The notes under the pieces: generated by a model
Databases searched by the model: none
What the model saw: only the letters and a program-made list of their open reading frames with translations
Told to the model about the DNA's origin: nothing
Virus record (IMG/VR): IMGVR_UViG_3300010367_000142
Location: 1-52,606 of that record
Source: a virus
Taxonomy: Duplodnaviria; Caudoviricetes
DNA: 52,606 bases
Direction: 5' to 3' (one strand)
Position numbers and translations under genes: made by a program
Shown here: positions 35,571 to 45,095 of the stretch, piece after piece
Numbering within the stretch: position 1 is the first letter of the stretch
How the letters are laid out: each line of letters starts with the position of its first letter

Positions 35571-36350
35571 ATGGCCGACGACCTGCTCGTCATCATCCCC
35601 ACCCGCGGACGCCCACAGGCGATCCCGGAGATCGTGCAGGCGTGGGACGACACCGGGGCGACCGCAGACCTCCTGTTCGCCGTCGACACCGACGACCCGG
35701 AGCTGGCCGGCTACAAGAAGCATGCCACCGCACTGAAGGACGACGGACGGGTGCGGTTCACGTTCGGCAAACGGCGCAGACTGTGCGGCACACTGAACAC
35801 GCAGGCAGTGAAGGCGGCCAAGGGCTACCGGTTCCTCGCGTTCATGGGCGACGACCACCGGCCACGCCCCGCCGCGACGCCATGGGACGAGCGGATCCGC
35901 GTCTGCCTCTCCGGCGGCTCCGGCATCGTCTACGGCAACGACCTCCTGCAAGGCGAAGCCATGGCCACCGCCGTAGCGATGACGTCCGACATCGTCGACA
36001 CGCTCGGCTACATGGCGCCACCGGCGCTCGTGCACCTCTGCCTCGACATCGTATGGCTCGACTGGGGGCGCGGCATGGGGCGGATCACCTACCTCGACGA
36101 CATGGTCATCGAGCACCTCCACCCGGCGGCGGGCAAGGCCGAGCTGGATGCCGGATATGAAGAGGCCAACAGCGAGCAGCAGGTGTCCAGTGACTCCGCC
36201 GCCTACTACGACTACCGCGACAACGGCGGCCTCGAAGCCGACCTGGCCAAGCTGCGGAAGCTCGTCGCCTACAGCCAGGGTGGAGTGCTGGAACCCGGCA
36301 CCACCATCGCCCGCAACGCCACCGGTGCAGCTGAGGAGGTGGTCGCGTGA
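35571..36350 (+). CDS. GT-A fold (GT2-like) glycosyltransferase
   Basis: VIIPTRGR, VDTDD, FMGDD, IEHLHP. Confidence 0.82.
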   Translation: MADDLLVIIPTRGRPQAIPEIVQAWDDTGATADLLFAVDTDDPELAGYKKHATALKDDGRVRFTFGKRRRLCGTLNTQAVKAAKGYRFLAFMGDDHRPRPAATPWDERIRVCLSGGSGIVYGNDLLQGEAMATAVAMTSDIVDTLGYMAPPALVHLCLDIVWLDWGRGMGRITYLDDMVIEHLHPAAGKAELDAGYEEANSEQQVSSDSAAYYDYRDNGGLEADLAKLRKLVAYSQGGVLEPGTTIARNATGAAEEVVA

Positions 36351-36940
36351 CTGCCGCCGACATCATCGAAGCCTGGGACCAGGCCGACCCCGCCGCGATC
36401 CACCCCACCCGCGGTATCGACGAAGACGCCTACTGGAACTCGGGCGTCAACCAGGCCGCGATCCTCGGCACCGTCATCCCCGACGGGGCGAAGGTGCTCG
36501 ACTTCGGGTGCGGGGACGGCCGCGTCGCCATCCCGCTCCGCGAACTCGGCTACGGCGTCACCGCCGTCGACGCCTCCCCGAACATGCTCGGCCGGCTCCA
36601 CCAGCACGACCCCGACATGCCCACCGTGCTCAGCTCCGGTGCTGGCCTGTACGGGCAGCTCGGCAAGAAGGTCGACGCCGTCGTCGCCCTCGCCATCCTC
36701 ATCCACCACAACTACGCCGACTGTCTCGACCTCCTGACGGAACTCCGGCAGGCCGTCAAACTCGGCGGCATCCTCATCCTCGACTGGCCCGTCAGCGACC
36801 AGCCTGTCGAAGGACAGGCCTGGCTGGACGTCACCACGTGGAGCCAGGAAGCCCACGACGACGCCTGCAACCGCATCGGCCTCAAGCAGGTCGATGCGCG
36901 GCTTCCGTGGGGCGTGTACAAGGCCGTGAAGGCGGGCTGA
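36347..36940 (+). CDS. Class I SAM-dependent methyltransferase
   Basis: VLDFGCGDGR, AVDASPNML, LGGILILD. Confidence 0.88.
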   Translation: MTAADIIEAWDQADPAAIHPTRGIDEDAYWNSGVNQAAILGTVIPDGAKVLDFGCGDGRVAIPLRELGYGVTAVDASPNMLGRLHQHDPDMPTVLSSGAGLYGQLGKKVDAVVALAILIHHNYADCLDLLTELRQAVKLGGILILDWPVSDQPVEGQAWLDVTTWSQEAHDDACNRIGLKQVDARLPWGVYKAVKAG

Positions 36941-37821
36941 TGCGCGTCCTGCTCACCGGAGCGTCCGGGTTCGTTGGACGCCACCTACACCGTGCTCTTG
37001 AAGCCCGGGGCGACGCGGTCGCGGCCATCGACCTGATTCCTGGCAACGACGTGCACGAGCGGGACGCACTCGACTACTTCCGCACCAGTGAAGTCCACTT
37101 CGACCTCGCCATCCATGCGGCGGCTATCGTCGGCGGGCGGGCCAGCATCGACGGCTCCCCGCTCGGCGTCGCCACCAACCTTGCACTCGATGCCTGGTAC
37201 TTCCGCTGGCTGATCCGCACCGGCACACCGCGCGCCGTGTTCTTCTCCAGCAGCGCCGCCTATCCGGTCGCGCTACAGCAGCCCGGCGACGTGCGGCGCC
37301 TGTACGAAGAGGACATCAACCTCCAGTACATGGAAGAGCCCGACGCCACCTACGGCTGGGCGAAACTGACGGGGGAGAAGCTCGCCGGGTACGCCGAAGT
37401 CGAAGGCTGCCGCATCCTCATCCCACGGCCATTCTCGGGCTATGGCGAGGACCAGGACGAGGCCTATCCCTTCCCGGCGTTCATCCGCCGGGCACGCGAA
37501 CGCCAGGACCCGTTCGAGATCTGGGGCGACGGCAGCAGCACGCGGGATTGGATCCACATCGACGACCTCGTCGGCGCCACCCTCGCACTCCTCGACGCCG
37601 ACGTCACCGGCCCCGTCAACCTCGGCTGGGGCAGAGCGACCAGCTTCGACGAGCTCGCCCGCATCGTGTGCACCGCCGCCGGATACCGGCCGGAGCTCAA
37701 GCACCGGGCCGACGCACCCCGAGGCGTCCACCACCGCGTCAGCGACCCCAGCCACATGCTCAACCACTACGTGCCCACGATCACGCTCGAAGAGGGCGTG
37801 CGGCGGGCGCTCGAAGCCTGA
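36940..37821 (+). CDS. NAD-dependent epimerase/dehydratase (extended SDR)
   Basis: TGASGFVG, HAAA, FSSSAAY, YGWAK, RDWIHIDD. Confidence 0.92.
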   Translation: MRVLLTGASGFVGRHLHRALEARGDAVAAIDLIPGNDVHERDALDYFRTSEVHFDLAIHAAAIVGGRASIDGSPLGVATNLALDAWYFRWLIRTGTPRAVFFSSSAAYPVALQQPGDVRRLYEEDINLQYMEEPDATYGWAKLTGEKLAGYAEVEGCRILIPRPFSGYGEDQDEAYPFPAFIRRARERQDPFEIWGDGSSTRDWIHIDDLVGATLALLDADVTGPVNLGWGRATSFDELARIVCTAAGYRPELKHRADAPRGVHHRVSDPSHMLNHYVPTITLEEGVRRALEA

Positions 37822-37834
37822 TGGGAGGGCGGCT

Positions 37835-38032
37835 ATGCAGGCCAAGCCGGAAGACATCACCCTCCACGCCGAGCCCTACACCGACGGCAGCAGCGCCATC
37901 CTGTCCCTGCGCTGCCCGAAGTGCCTTGGCTACGAACTTGGCAACTGGGACCCGAAGTGCGACGACAACGCCACACCGACCGTCGCCGACATCCTTGCCG
38001 CCATCGCAGCCCACGAACACACCACCGCCTGA
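37835..38032 (+). CDS. Small hypothetical protein
   Basis: GGAGGG RBS; CPKC. Confidence 0.55.
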   Translation: MQAKPEDITLHAEPYTDGSSAILSLRCPKCLGYELGNWDPKCDDNATPTVADILAAIAAHEHTTA

Positions 38033-38053
38033 ACCCACGGAAGGCCCGCGCCC

Positions 38054-38332
38054 ATGGCTTCCAACACCGACCTGCCCAAATGGGTATGGGACCTCACCAT
38101 CGCCATGCTCAACCACGAAGACGAACACGGCGCCGACGGCAACTGCCTCAACGCAGTCGTCAGCTCCATCCCCGTAGACGTCCGCGACCAGGCCGAAGCC
38201 ATCCGCGCCTACGTCCAAGCCGCAGGGCAGAGCACGACGAAAGACCACATCCAGTCGACGTGGAACAACCTGATGGACGGCTTCTCCCAGCTGAAGACTC
38301 CACAAGGAGCCAGCGCCAAGGAGACGCCATGA
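38054..38332 (+). CDS. Hypothetical protein
   Basis: High GC3, coupled to next gene. Confidence 0.6.
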   Translation: MASNTDLPKWVWDLTIAMLNHEDEHGADGNCLNAVVSSIPVDVRDQAEAIRAYVQAAGQSTTKDHIQSTWNNLMDGFSQLKTPQGASAKETP

Positions 38333-38892
38333 TGGATCTCCACGCCTGGATCACCCGGCAAGTCGACGAGGCTGAAGCGGCAGCGCGCGCCCAATTGAAG
38401 GGACTCTGCGTCGCCTTCGAGCCGCACGACGGCGGGCCCGTCGTCACCGTCACCGTCACCGAAGCCACACGCACAGCCGAAGGGCTTCAGCTCGACGTCG
38501 CTCAGTACGGCGCCGAACCAGTCGACGACGCATGGGCGAACATCCCGCAAGTGACCGCCGTCCTGCGCCGCTGCGAGGCGGACCGCCGCATCCTCGCCCG
38601 GCACCAGCTCGACCCGTCCGAGACATGGGCGCCCTGCTGTGAGGGCTGCGGCCAATCCGGCTACAACGAGCTGCCCAACGTCGACAACCTCAACGAGTGC
38701 CCGGAACTGCTGGACCTCGCCCACGCCCACGGGCTGACGGAAGCGATCCTCGCCGGACTCGACCGGCCACAGACGCCCGAGTCGAAGCCGCGCACTGACA
38801 GGCGTCTCGGACTCGCCGACATCCTCGCCACCCGGCCCATCACCACCAGTGACGTGCCCGAAGCGCTACGCGGGCCCCGCTCGAAGCCGTAA
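38329..38892 (+). CDS. DUF6221-like protein
   Basis: LHAWITRQVDE..VLRRCEADRRILARH..CPELLDLA. Confidence 0.7.
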   Translation: MMDLHAWITRQVDEAEAAARAQLKGLCVAFEPHDGGPVVTVTVTEATRTAEGLQLDVAQYGAEPVDDAWANIPQVTAVLRRCEADRRILARHQLDPSETWAPCCEGCGQSGYNELPNVDNLNECPELLDLAHAHGLTEAILAGLDRPQTPESKPRTDRRLGLADILATRPITTSDVPEALRGPRSKP

Positions 38893-38916
38893 CCCCACCC
38901 CACAGGAGCCCGCGCC

Positions 38917-39231
38917 ATGGCCCGCTACCGCAAGCTGCCCGTCGAGATCGAAGCCGCGCAATGGTGGGTCAACGGCGACCACCCAGAAGACGGACCGCCC
39001 GAGCGCGAGGGGCGAGTCGTTCGCTACTTCCGCCACCCAGACCCCCAGTACGCCGGAGACAAGCTGCACGAAGCATGCAGCCGCACCTGGCACGTACACG
39101 GCTGGATCGACACCCTCGAAGGCGGCCACACCGTCTGCCCCGGCGACTGGATCGTGACCGGAGTCCAAGGCGAGCGGTACCCGGTCAAGCCCGACATCTT
39201 TGCCGCCACCTACGAGGCGGTGACCGGCTGA
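38917..39231 (+). CDS. PGDW/PGDYG-like phage protein
   Basis: YRKLPVEIEAAQW..IDTLEG..PGDWIVTGVQGERYPVKPDIFAATYE. Confidence 0.8.
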   Translation: MARYRKLPVEIEAAQWWVNGDHPEDGPPEREGRVVRYFRHPDPQYAGDKLHEACSRTWHVHGWIDTLEGGHTVCPGDWIVTGVQGERYPVKPDIFAATYEAVTG

Positions 39232-39905
39232 TGGCCCGCCTCCAGATCCTCGAACTCCCCACCACCGAGCGGCCCGACGGCACCGACGAGACCCCGTACA
39301 TCCTCGTCATCGACCAGGTCGGCGAAGAGACAGCCGCCGACATCGCTCGCTGGCCCGCCGACATCGCCACACGGACCGGCGCACGCCACGTCCTCTGCTT
39401 CAGCGAGACCGTCGACATCCCCGCCAACGACGTACCGCTCGACCCCGACGGATACCCGCTCAAGTTCCGCATCGAGCCCGACTTCGAGACGTTCCGCGAA
39501 CAGGTCCAGGAAGAAGTCCTCGCCGCACAAGGCAAAGTCACGCGCGCACTCAACGCCACAGACTGGGAAGCCGAACTCGCCCGCGTCCGGCAGGACCGCG
39601 ACGACGCCCGCAGCTGGGCCCGCCACGGCTATGAGATCGGACAGGAGCACTGCGGCTGGACCGACCACGGCATCGCACCCGAGTGGCTCACCGAAGGCTG
39701 GCCGACCAGCTTCGACTCCTGCGAGCACCTGAAGAAGGCGGCCGAGTACGACGAAGCCCTGCGCCGCGTCCGCGCCCTGCCCGAGCAGCCCCAAGTCATG
39801 GACGCCCAGCACCCGGACCCCGGCAGCTACCTGCACGGATACGGTGTCGCCATCCGTGAAGCCAAACGCGCCACCTGGAACCAGCTGGCCAGCGTGGAGG
39901 AGTAG
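39231..39905 (+). CDS. Hypothetical protein
   Basis: TGATG overlap; MARLQILELP. Confidence 0.7.
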   Translation: MARLQILELPTTERPDGTDETPYILVIDQVGEETAADIARWPADIATRTGARHVLCFSETVDIPANDVPLDPDGYPLKFRIEPDFETFREQVQEEVLAAQGKVTRALNATDWEAELARVRQDRDDARSWARHGYEIGQEHCGWTDHGIAPEWLTEGWPTSFDSCEHLKKAAEYDEALRRVRALPEQPQVMDAQHPDPGSYLHGYGVAIREAKRATWNQLASVEE

Positions 39906-39907
39906 CG

Positions 39908-40123
39908 ATGCCCGCCTACCTGGTTGTGCACACCGAACGGCGAGGCGACGACCAGCTCATCGAAGACCCCAACCTCACCGTCGAATTCATCGACGGCTGG
40001 GTCCTCTTCAAAGACCGCGACCTCATCAAGGACAACCGAGTCGCCATCGCCATCCCCGCCACACAAGTCCGGCGCGTTGAACGGGTGGACGAACCACCGG
40101 AAGAGCGTGCCGAGGGAGCGTGA
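39908..40123 (+). CDS. Hypothetical protein
   Basis: GGAG RBS. Confidence 0.65.
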   Translation: MPAYLVVHTERRGDDQLIEDPNLTVEFIDGWVLFKDRDLIKDNRVAIAIPATQVRRVERVDEPPEERAEGA

Positions 40124-40383
40124 ACGCCATGGCCGCAGGACAGGAAGCCACGCCCTCAGACGTCGCAGGAGCCGAACGACTGCGCACCTACTGGACCACC
40201 GGGCCCGGCGGGGTCAAGATCGCATGGGGGACTCCGGGCGACTTCGACCGCTGCGTCGCCCTCGTCGAACGCCACATGCCCGGCAAAGCCGAGGGCTACT
40301 GCAACCTGCTGCACAAGCGAGCCACCGGCATGTACCCGGCCGAGCACGCCGAACAGATACGCGGCGGCAAGGGCAGCGACTGA
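40120..40383 (+). CDS. Conserved actinophage protein (WGTPGDFDRC motif)
   Basis: LRTYWTTG..KIAWGTPGDFDRC..GYCNLLH. Confidence 0.7.
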   Translation: MNAMAAGQEATPSDVAGAERLRTYWTTGPGGVKIAWGTPGDFDRCVALVERHMPGKAEGYCNLLHKRATGMYPAEHAEQIRGGKGSD

Positions 40384-40694
40384 TGGGCAGCCAAGGCCGG
40401 CGCACGGCGCCGCTCCCCAAGGGCTGGGCACGCATCCGCGCGCGCATCCTCAGGCGGGACGGGTGGCGCTGCCGGTGGCCGCTCGCGACCGGTGGCGTGT
40501 GCGAGGAGCCCGCCAACCAGGTGGACCACAAGGTGGGTGCCGCGCAGGGCGTGGACGACCACAGCGACGAGAACCTGTGGTCTCTATGCCAGTGGCACCA
40601 TGATCAGAAGACCGGGCGCGAGGCCTCGGCTGTGGCCCACGCCAAGCCGCCCAGGGCTCGGCCGGCCGAGCAGCATCCGGGCTTGATCAACTGA
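40383..40694 (+). CDS. Packaging-associated HNH endonuclease
   Basis: WARIRARILRRDGWRC..C..VDH..DHSDENLWSLC..HH; sits just before the terminase region. Confidence 0.88.
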   Translation: MGSQGRRTAPLPKGWARIRARILRRDGWRCRWPLATGGVCEEPANQVDHKVGAAQGVDDHSDENLWSLCQWHHDQKTGREASAVAHAKPPRARPAEQHPGLIN

Positions 40695-40830
40695 GCCGGA
40701 CGGTCTGACGATCACTCACCCAAGATCACCCTGGGGGACCCCTCCAAGATCATTCCAATCGGAGGATCGGGCTCGTTAGCTTGGCGCGGTGCGCGTGACA
40801 CTGGGGATTTGATGATCAAGCCCTGACCTG
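40695..40830. other. Candidate cos/packaging site
   Basis: Noncoding after HNH; GATCA repeats and CGGGCTCGTTA at 40768-40778. Confidence 0.45.
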
Positions 40831-40952
40831 CGGTTATGTCGGCGACGGGTCGCTGACCTGCAGTTCACCGCGCCGCATCCGGCGCGTCGCGAATCTGCGT
40901 TAGTGCAGGTCAGAGTGCGGATTGCCGTCACGCAGCCTGCTATCCTGGAGGC

Positions 40953-41555
40953 GTGAAGACGAAGCGCTGCGAGCGATGCCCCGAACCCCTTGGTGCTCGG
41001 CACGCCCACAATGCGCGCTTCTGCTCGGGCCGTTGCCGCATGGCAGCTCACCGCGCCAATCGACGGCAGGCCGACCCTGTGCCCTCCGCGATGACCCGTC
41101 GGCCGCAATGGGTTCGGCACACGGATCGCAAGGTGCCGCTGTCTGTCGCCGGGCCCAAGGTCCGGCCCGCCTCGTCGACGGACCCGGGAACATGGAGCAG
41201 CTACAGCAAGGTCTGTCGCTCCTCGGCGGGGGCTGGTGTGGGCTTCGTGCTCAGTTGGGCAGACCGCCTCGTGTGCATCGACCTTGACCACGCGTTGCTC
41301 GATGGCGAGTTGCGGCCGTGGGCCCGACGCATCGTGGACCGACTGCCGAAGACGTACATCGAGGTGTCGCCGTCCGGTACTGGCCTGCATATCTGGGGCT
41401 TCGGTTCGCTGGAGCGGGGGCGTCGGATTCGCCGCGGAGACAGTTCGATCGAGGTCTACGACCGGGGCCGCTACATCACTGTGACTCGGCAACCGTTCCA
41501 GGGTGCGCCGTCGAAGCTTGCCGATCTGACGCGGGTGATCGCCGACTTGCTGTGA
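40953..41555 (+). CDS. Zn-finger plus primase-polymerase (NrS-1 N-terminal-like) domain protein
   Basis: CERC..FCSGRCR; VCIDLDH, YIEVSPSGTGLHIWG, IEVY..GRYITVT. Confidence 0.78.
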   Translation: MKTKRCERCPEPLGARHAHNARFCSGRCRMAAHRANRRQADPVPSAMTRRPQWVRHTDRKVPLSVAGPKVRPASSTDPGTWSSYSKVCRSSAGAGVGFVLSWADRLVCIDLDHALLDGELRPWARRIVDRLPKTYIEVSPSGTGLHIWGFGSLERGRRIRRGDSSIEVYDRGRYITVTRQPFQGAPSKLADLTRVIADLL

Positions 41556-41568
41556 GGGGGTCTCCCTG

Positions 41569-42027
41569 ATGGCTGGTCGCGGTATGGCTCCGAAGGCGAC
41601 GCGCTCGCGCGCTCGGGACTCCAAGGCGCGAGATGCGGAGTTGAACCGGGTCGAGGATGACGGCGAGGTCCGCGGGCCAGAGCTTCCCGAGGGGGTTCTG
41701 CCCGATCAGGAGTCGTGGCATCCCCGAACGGTGCAGTGGTGGGAGACGTGGCGACGTTCAGCTCAGTCGCAGGTCTTCATCGACACCGACTGGGACTTTC
41801 TCCTCGACACAGCCCTTCTCCATCACGTCATGTGGACCAAGGGGCGCTGGGAATTTGCGTCAGAAGTCCGCCTGCGGGCTGCGAAGTACGGGGCGACCCC
41901 GGAGGACCGGATGCGCCTCAAGTTGAAGATCGAGACTCCAGCGGACAGGCAGGCTCCGCCGGAGACGCCGCGGTCGACGTCGGACCGGCGCAAGAATCTG
42001 CGGATCGTGTCAGAGGACGCTGGCTAG
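41569..42027 (+). CDS. terS: Terminase small subunit
   Basis: WHPRTVQWWETW..DW.FL.DTA..EVRLRAAKYGATPEDRMRL; directly upstream of large subunit. Confidence 0.82.
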   Translation: MAGRGMAPKATRSRARDSKARDAELNRVEDDGEVRGPELPEGVLPDQESWHPRTVQWWETWRRSAQSQVFIDTDWDFLLDTALLHHVMWTKGRWEFASEVRLRAAKYGATPEDRMRLKLKIETPADRQAPPETPRSTSDRRKNLRIVSEDAG

Positions 42028-42035
42028 GGGGTGCC

Positions 42036-43685
42036 ATGCCGTGGCGCGGACCCGAGTACGACGGCGAGTTCCCTTCTCTCGGCCATCAGATCGTCGAGCA
42101 CATCGAAGAGTTCCTCTGCCATGGTCCTGGCGATGTGGTGGGCGAGCCGATCGAACTGGACGACGAGTTCTACGCGTTCATCGTCAAGGCCTATCGGATT
42201 GATCCGGAGACGGGTCGGCGCATTTACCGGCGGGCGTTCCTGTCGCGGGCGAAGGGGCGCGCGAAGTCTGAGATTGCCGGGATGCTGGTGTGCGCGGAAG
42301 CCCTGTTCCCGGTGCGTTTCGATGGCTGGGATGCGGATGGTGAGCCCGTCGGCAGGGCGGTGAAGTCGCCCTTCATCCGCTGCCTTGCGACGGAGGAAGG
42401 CCAGTCCGGCAACACCTACGACAACGTGTCCACGATGCTGGAGTACATCGTCGAGCATCACGGTGACGACTTCCCAGGCATCGACATCGGGAAGTCGGCG
42501 CAGTCGTCGAGCCGGATCATCCTGCATCACCAGCGCGGCGAGATCACCCCGTCGACGGCTTCTTCGGCGGCAAAGGATGGGGGCAAGGAGACCTTCGCGG
42601 TCTTCGACGAAACCCACCTGTACGTGCTGCCGGAGCTGCGGCGCATGCACAGTACGGTGCGACGCAACCTGCGCAAGCGTAAGGAAGCCGAACCATGGTG
42701 CCTTGAGACGTCGACGATGTACGAGCCGGGCCAGGACTCGGTCGCCGAAGCAACTCACACGTACTTCAAGGCGATCAAGGAAGGGCGTGTTCGGGACGCC
42801 GACGCGGCCGGCCTGCTCTTCGATCACCGGCAGGCTACGGATGGCACGGACCTCGCAGACCGGGGTGCCCTGCTCGCTGGCTTGAAGGAGGCCTACGGGC
42901 CTGCCGCCTCCTGGATGGACCTGGACGGCATCATTGCTGAGATCTGGGATCCGCAAAGTGCCCCCTCGGACAGCAGGCGGTATTGGCTGAACCAGCCGGT
43001 CGCCGCCGAGGACGCGCTTCTGGACCCGGCGAGGTGGGCACAGTGCGCGTCGGCGTTGCACCTGGAAGACGGCGACGAGATCGTTCTCGGCTTCGACGGC
43101 GGCAAGACGGACGATGCGACCGCATTGATCGCGATGCGGGTCGCTGACCGACTGGCGCAGCCGCTGGGTATCTGGGAACGCCCGGAGGGCCCGTTGGGCA
43201 GGAACTGGGAGGTCGACCGCAAGCAGGTGTCCGACCTTGTGGCGCACACTTTCGGCCGCTATCAGGTCCGGGCGTTCTTCGCCGACGTGAAGCTGTGGGA
43301 GTCGTACATCGACGAGTGGGGCGAGACGTACCGCGACGAGCTTCTGGCGAAGGCGTCTCCGAAGTCGCTGATCGGCTACGACATGCGTGGCCATCAACAG
43401 GAGCTGACGAAGGCTACGGAGGCCCTGGTGCAGGCGATCGTCGACGGGAAGCTCCCGCATACCGACCATCCGATGCTGAACCGCCACGTGGGGAATGCCC
43501 GCCGTCGGCCGAACCGGTGGGGTGTGTCGTTCGGCAAGGAGTCGCGTGAGTCCCCGAAGAAGGTCGACGGTTTCGCAGCACTGCAGCTGGCCGACATGGC
43601 CCGGCGGGCGCTGCTGGCCTCCCCTGATTGGGCGAAGCGGCAGAAGAAGCGGCAGCGCACGGGCCGCGTGCATGGGTTCGCATAG
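42036..43685 (+). CDS. terL: Terminase large subunit
   Basis: RAKGRAKS Walker A, AVFDETH Walker B, LGFDGG..DDAT, KVDG nuclease motifs. Confidence 0.93.
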   Translation: MPWRGPEYDGEFPSLGHQIVEHIEEFLCHGPGDVVGEPIELDDEFYAFIVKAYRIDPETGRRIYRRAFLSRAKGRAKSEIAGMLVCAEALFPVRFDGWDADGEPVGRAVKSPFIRCLATEEGQSGNTYDNVSTMLEYIVEHHGDDFPGIDIGKSAQSSSRIILHHQRGEITPSTASSAAKDGGKETFAVFDETHLYVLPELRRMHSTVRRNLRKRKEAEPWCLETSTMYEPGQDSVAEATHTYFKAIKEGRVRDADAAGLLFDHRQATDGTDLADRGALLAGLKEAYGPAASWMDLDGIIAEIWDPQSAPSDSRRYWLNQPVAAEDALLDPARWAQCASALHLEDGDEIVLGFDGGKTDDATALIAMRVADRLAQPLGIWERPEGPLGRNWEVDRKQVSDLVAHTFGRYQVRAFFADVKLWESYIDEWGETYRDELLAKASPKSLIGYDMRGHQQELTKATEALVQAIVDGKLPHTDHPMLNRHVGNARRRPNRWGVSFGKESRESPKKVDGFAALQLADMARRALLASPDWAKRQKKRQRTGRVHGFA

Positions 43686-43703
43686 GGAGGGAGTGGGTGG
43701 CGC

Positions 43704-45095
43704 GTGGTGATGGGCCGGGATGATGCGGTGTCGACGGCGCGGCGCCTGCTGGAGTTGCGTGACGGTGAGCAGGGGCGCTTGGACCGGATTCAGCGCTACA
43801 TGTGCGGTAAGCACGACAGCGTGTATGTGCCGAAGGGCGCGCGGGCCGAGTATCGGTGGCTAATCGAGCGGGCGCGGGTGAACATTCTGCCGCTCGTTGT
43901 GACGGTCGTCGCGCAGAACATGTACGTCGACGGCTATCGGCCTGCGGGCTCGGACAAGAACGCTGAGCCGTGGGCGGTGTGGCAGGCGAACCGTATGGAC
44001 GCCCGTCAGCACGGCATTCACCGCTCGGTGCTCACCTACGGTGCCGCTTACGCGGTGGTGATGCCGGGCAAGCCGGTTCCGGTGATCACGCCGTTTTCGC
44101 CGCGGCGGATGACGGCCTTGTACGCGGATCCGGTGAACGACGAGTGGCCGGTGCTTGCGGTCGAGGACCGGCTGGAGAACACGGCTAAGGGGAAGCGCCG
44201 GGTGGTGCGGGTCTATGACGATCAGGCCCGGTACACCCTGGCGGGGAAGCCGGACGGGTCTCGACTGGAGACTGACGGCGAGAACTGGGTGATGGAGCAT
44301 CGGCTGGGCGTGTGCCCGGTGGTGCGCTACATCAACACCGAGGATCTTGACGGTGATGGTGTGGTCGGCGAGGTCGAGCCGCTCATCGAAGTCCAGGACC
44401 AGCTGAACATGACGACGTTCAACTTGCTGATGGCGCAGCAGTATGCGGCGTTCCGTCAGCGCTGGGTGACCGGCATGGCGCCTCCGTTGGACAAGGACGG
44501 CAATCCGGTTGAGCCGTTCCGGTCCCGCGTGGACGGTCTGTTCGTCGCCGAGGACGCCGACACCAAGTTCGGCGAGTTCGGGCAGACTGATCTGAAGGGC
44601 TATCTCGACTCCCGTGAGTCGACGGTCCGGAACATCGCGACGATCTCCCAGGTGCCGCCGTACCACCTGCTCGGCCAGATGGTGAATCTGTCTGCCGAGG
44701 CTCTGGCCGCAGCCCGGGACGGCTTGGACCGCAAGACGGATGAACGGGAATCGCTGTGCGGTGAGGGTCATGAGCAGACGCTCCGTCTGTGCGCCCTGGC
44801 CTCCGGTGACAAGACGGCGTGGGAGGACACGGCAGCCCAGGTGGTGTGGCGTGACACGTCCGCGCGGTCGCTGGCGCAGACCGTGGACGCGCTCGGCAAG
44901 CTCGTCACGATGCTGGGTGTGCCCCCGCAGGAACTGTGGGAGCGCGTGCCGGGTGTTACGCAGACCGATGTGGAGCGGTGGAAGTCGGCCGCCGAGCAGG
45001 GCGATGCGATGGGCCGCCTGAACGGCATCATCGAGAAGCAGATGTCGCAGTCTGGCGCGGGCTCGGTCGTACCGGTTCCTGACGTGGCGGCCTGA
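43704..45095 (+). CDS. Portal protein (SPP1 gp6-like)
   Basis: 463 aa after terL; WQANRMDA, HRLGVCPVV, AFRQRWVTG, NLSAEAL. Confidence 0.9.
   Translation: MVMGRDDAVSTARRLLELRDGEQGRLDRIQRYMCGKHDSVYVPKGARAEYRWLIERARVNILPLVVTVVAQNMYVDGYRPAGSDKNAEPWAVWQANRMDARQHGIHRSVLTYGAAYAVVMPGKPVPVITPFSPRRMTALYADPVNDEWPVLAVEDRLENTAKGKRRVVRVYDDQARYTLAGKPDGSRLETDGENWVMEHRLGVCPVVRYINTEDLDGDGVVGEVEPLIEVQDQLNMTTFNLLMAQQYAAFRQRWVTGMAPPLDKDGNPVEPFRSRVDGLFVAEDADTKFGEFGQTDLKGYLDSRESTVRNIATISQVPPYHLLGQMVNLSAEALAAARDGLDRKTDERESLCGEGHEQTLRLCALASGDKTAWEDTAAQVVWRDTSARSLAQTVDALGKLVTMLGVPPQELWERVPGVTQTDVERWKSAAEQGDAMGRLNGIIEKQMSQSGAGSVVPVPDVAA

Noticed and set aside
36347-36940. DNA methyltransferase or DNA hypermodification role
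   Set aside because: Lacks DNA-methylase catalytic motifs, and no base-hydroxylase or nucleotide-kinase partner was seen; context is structural
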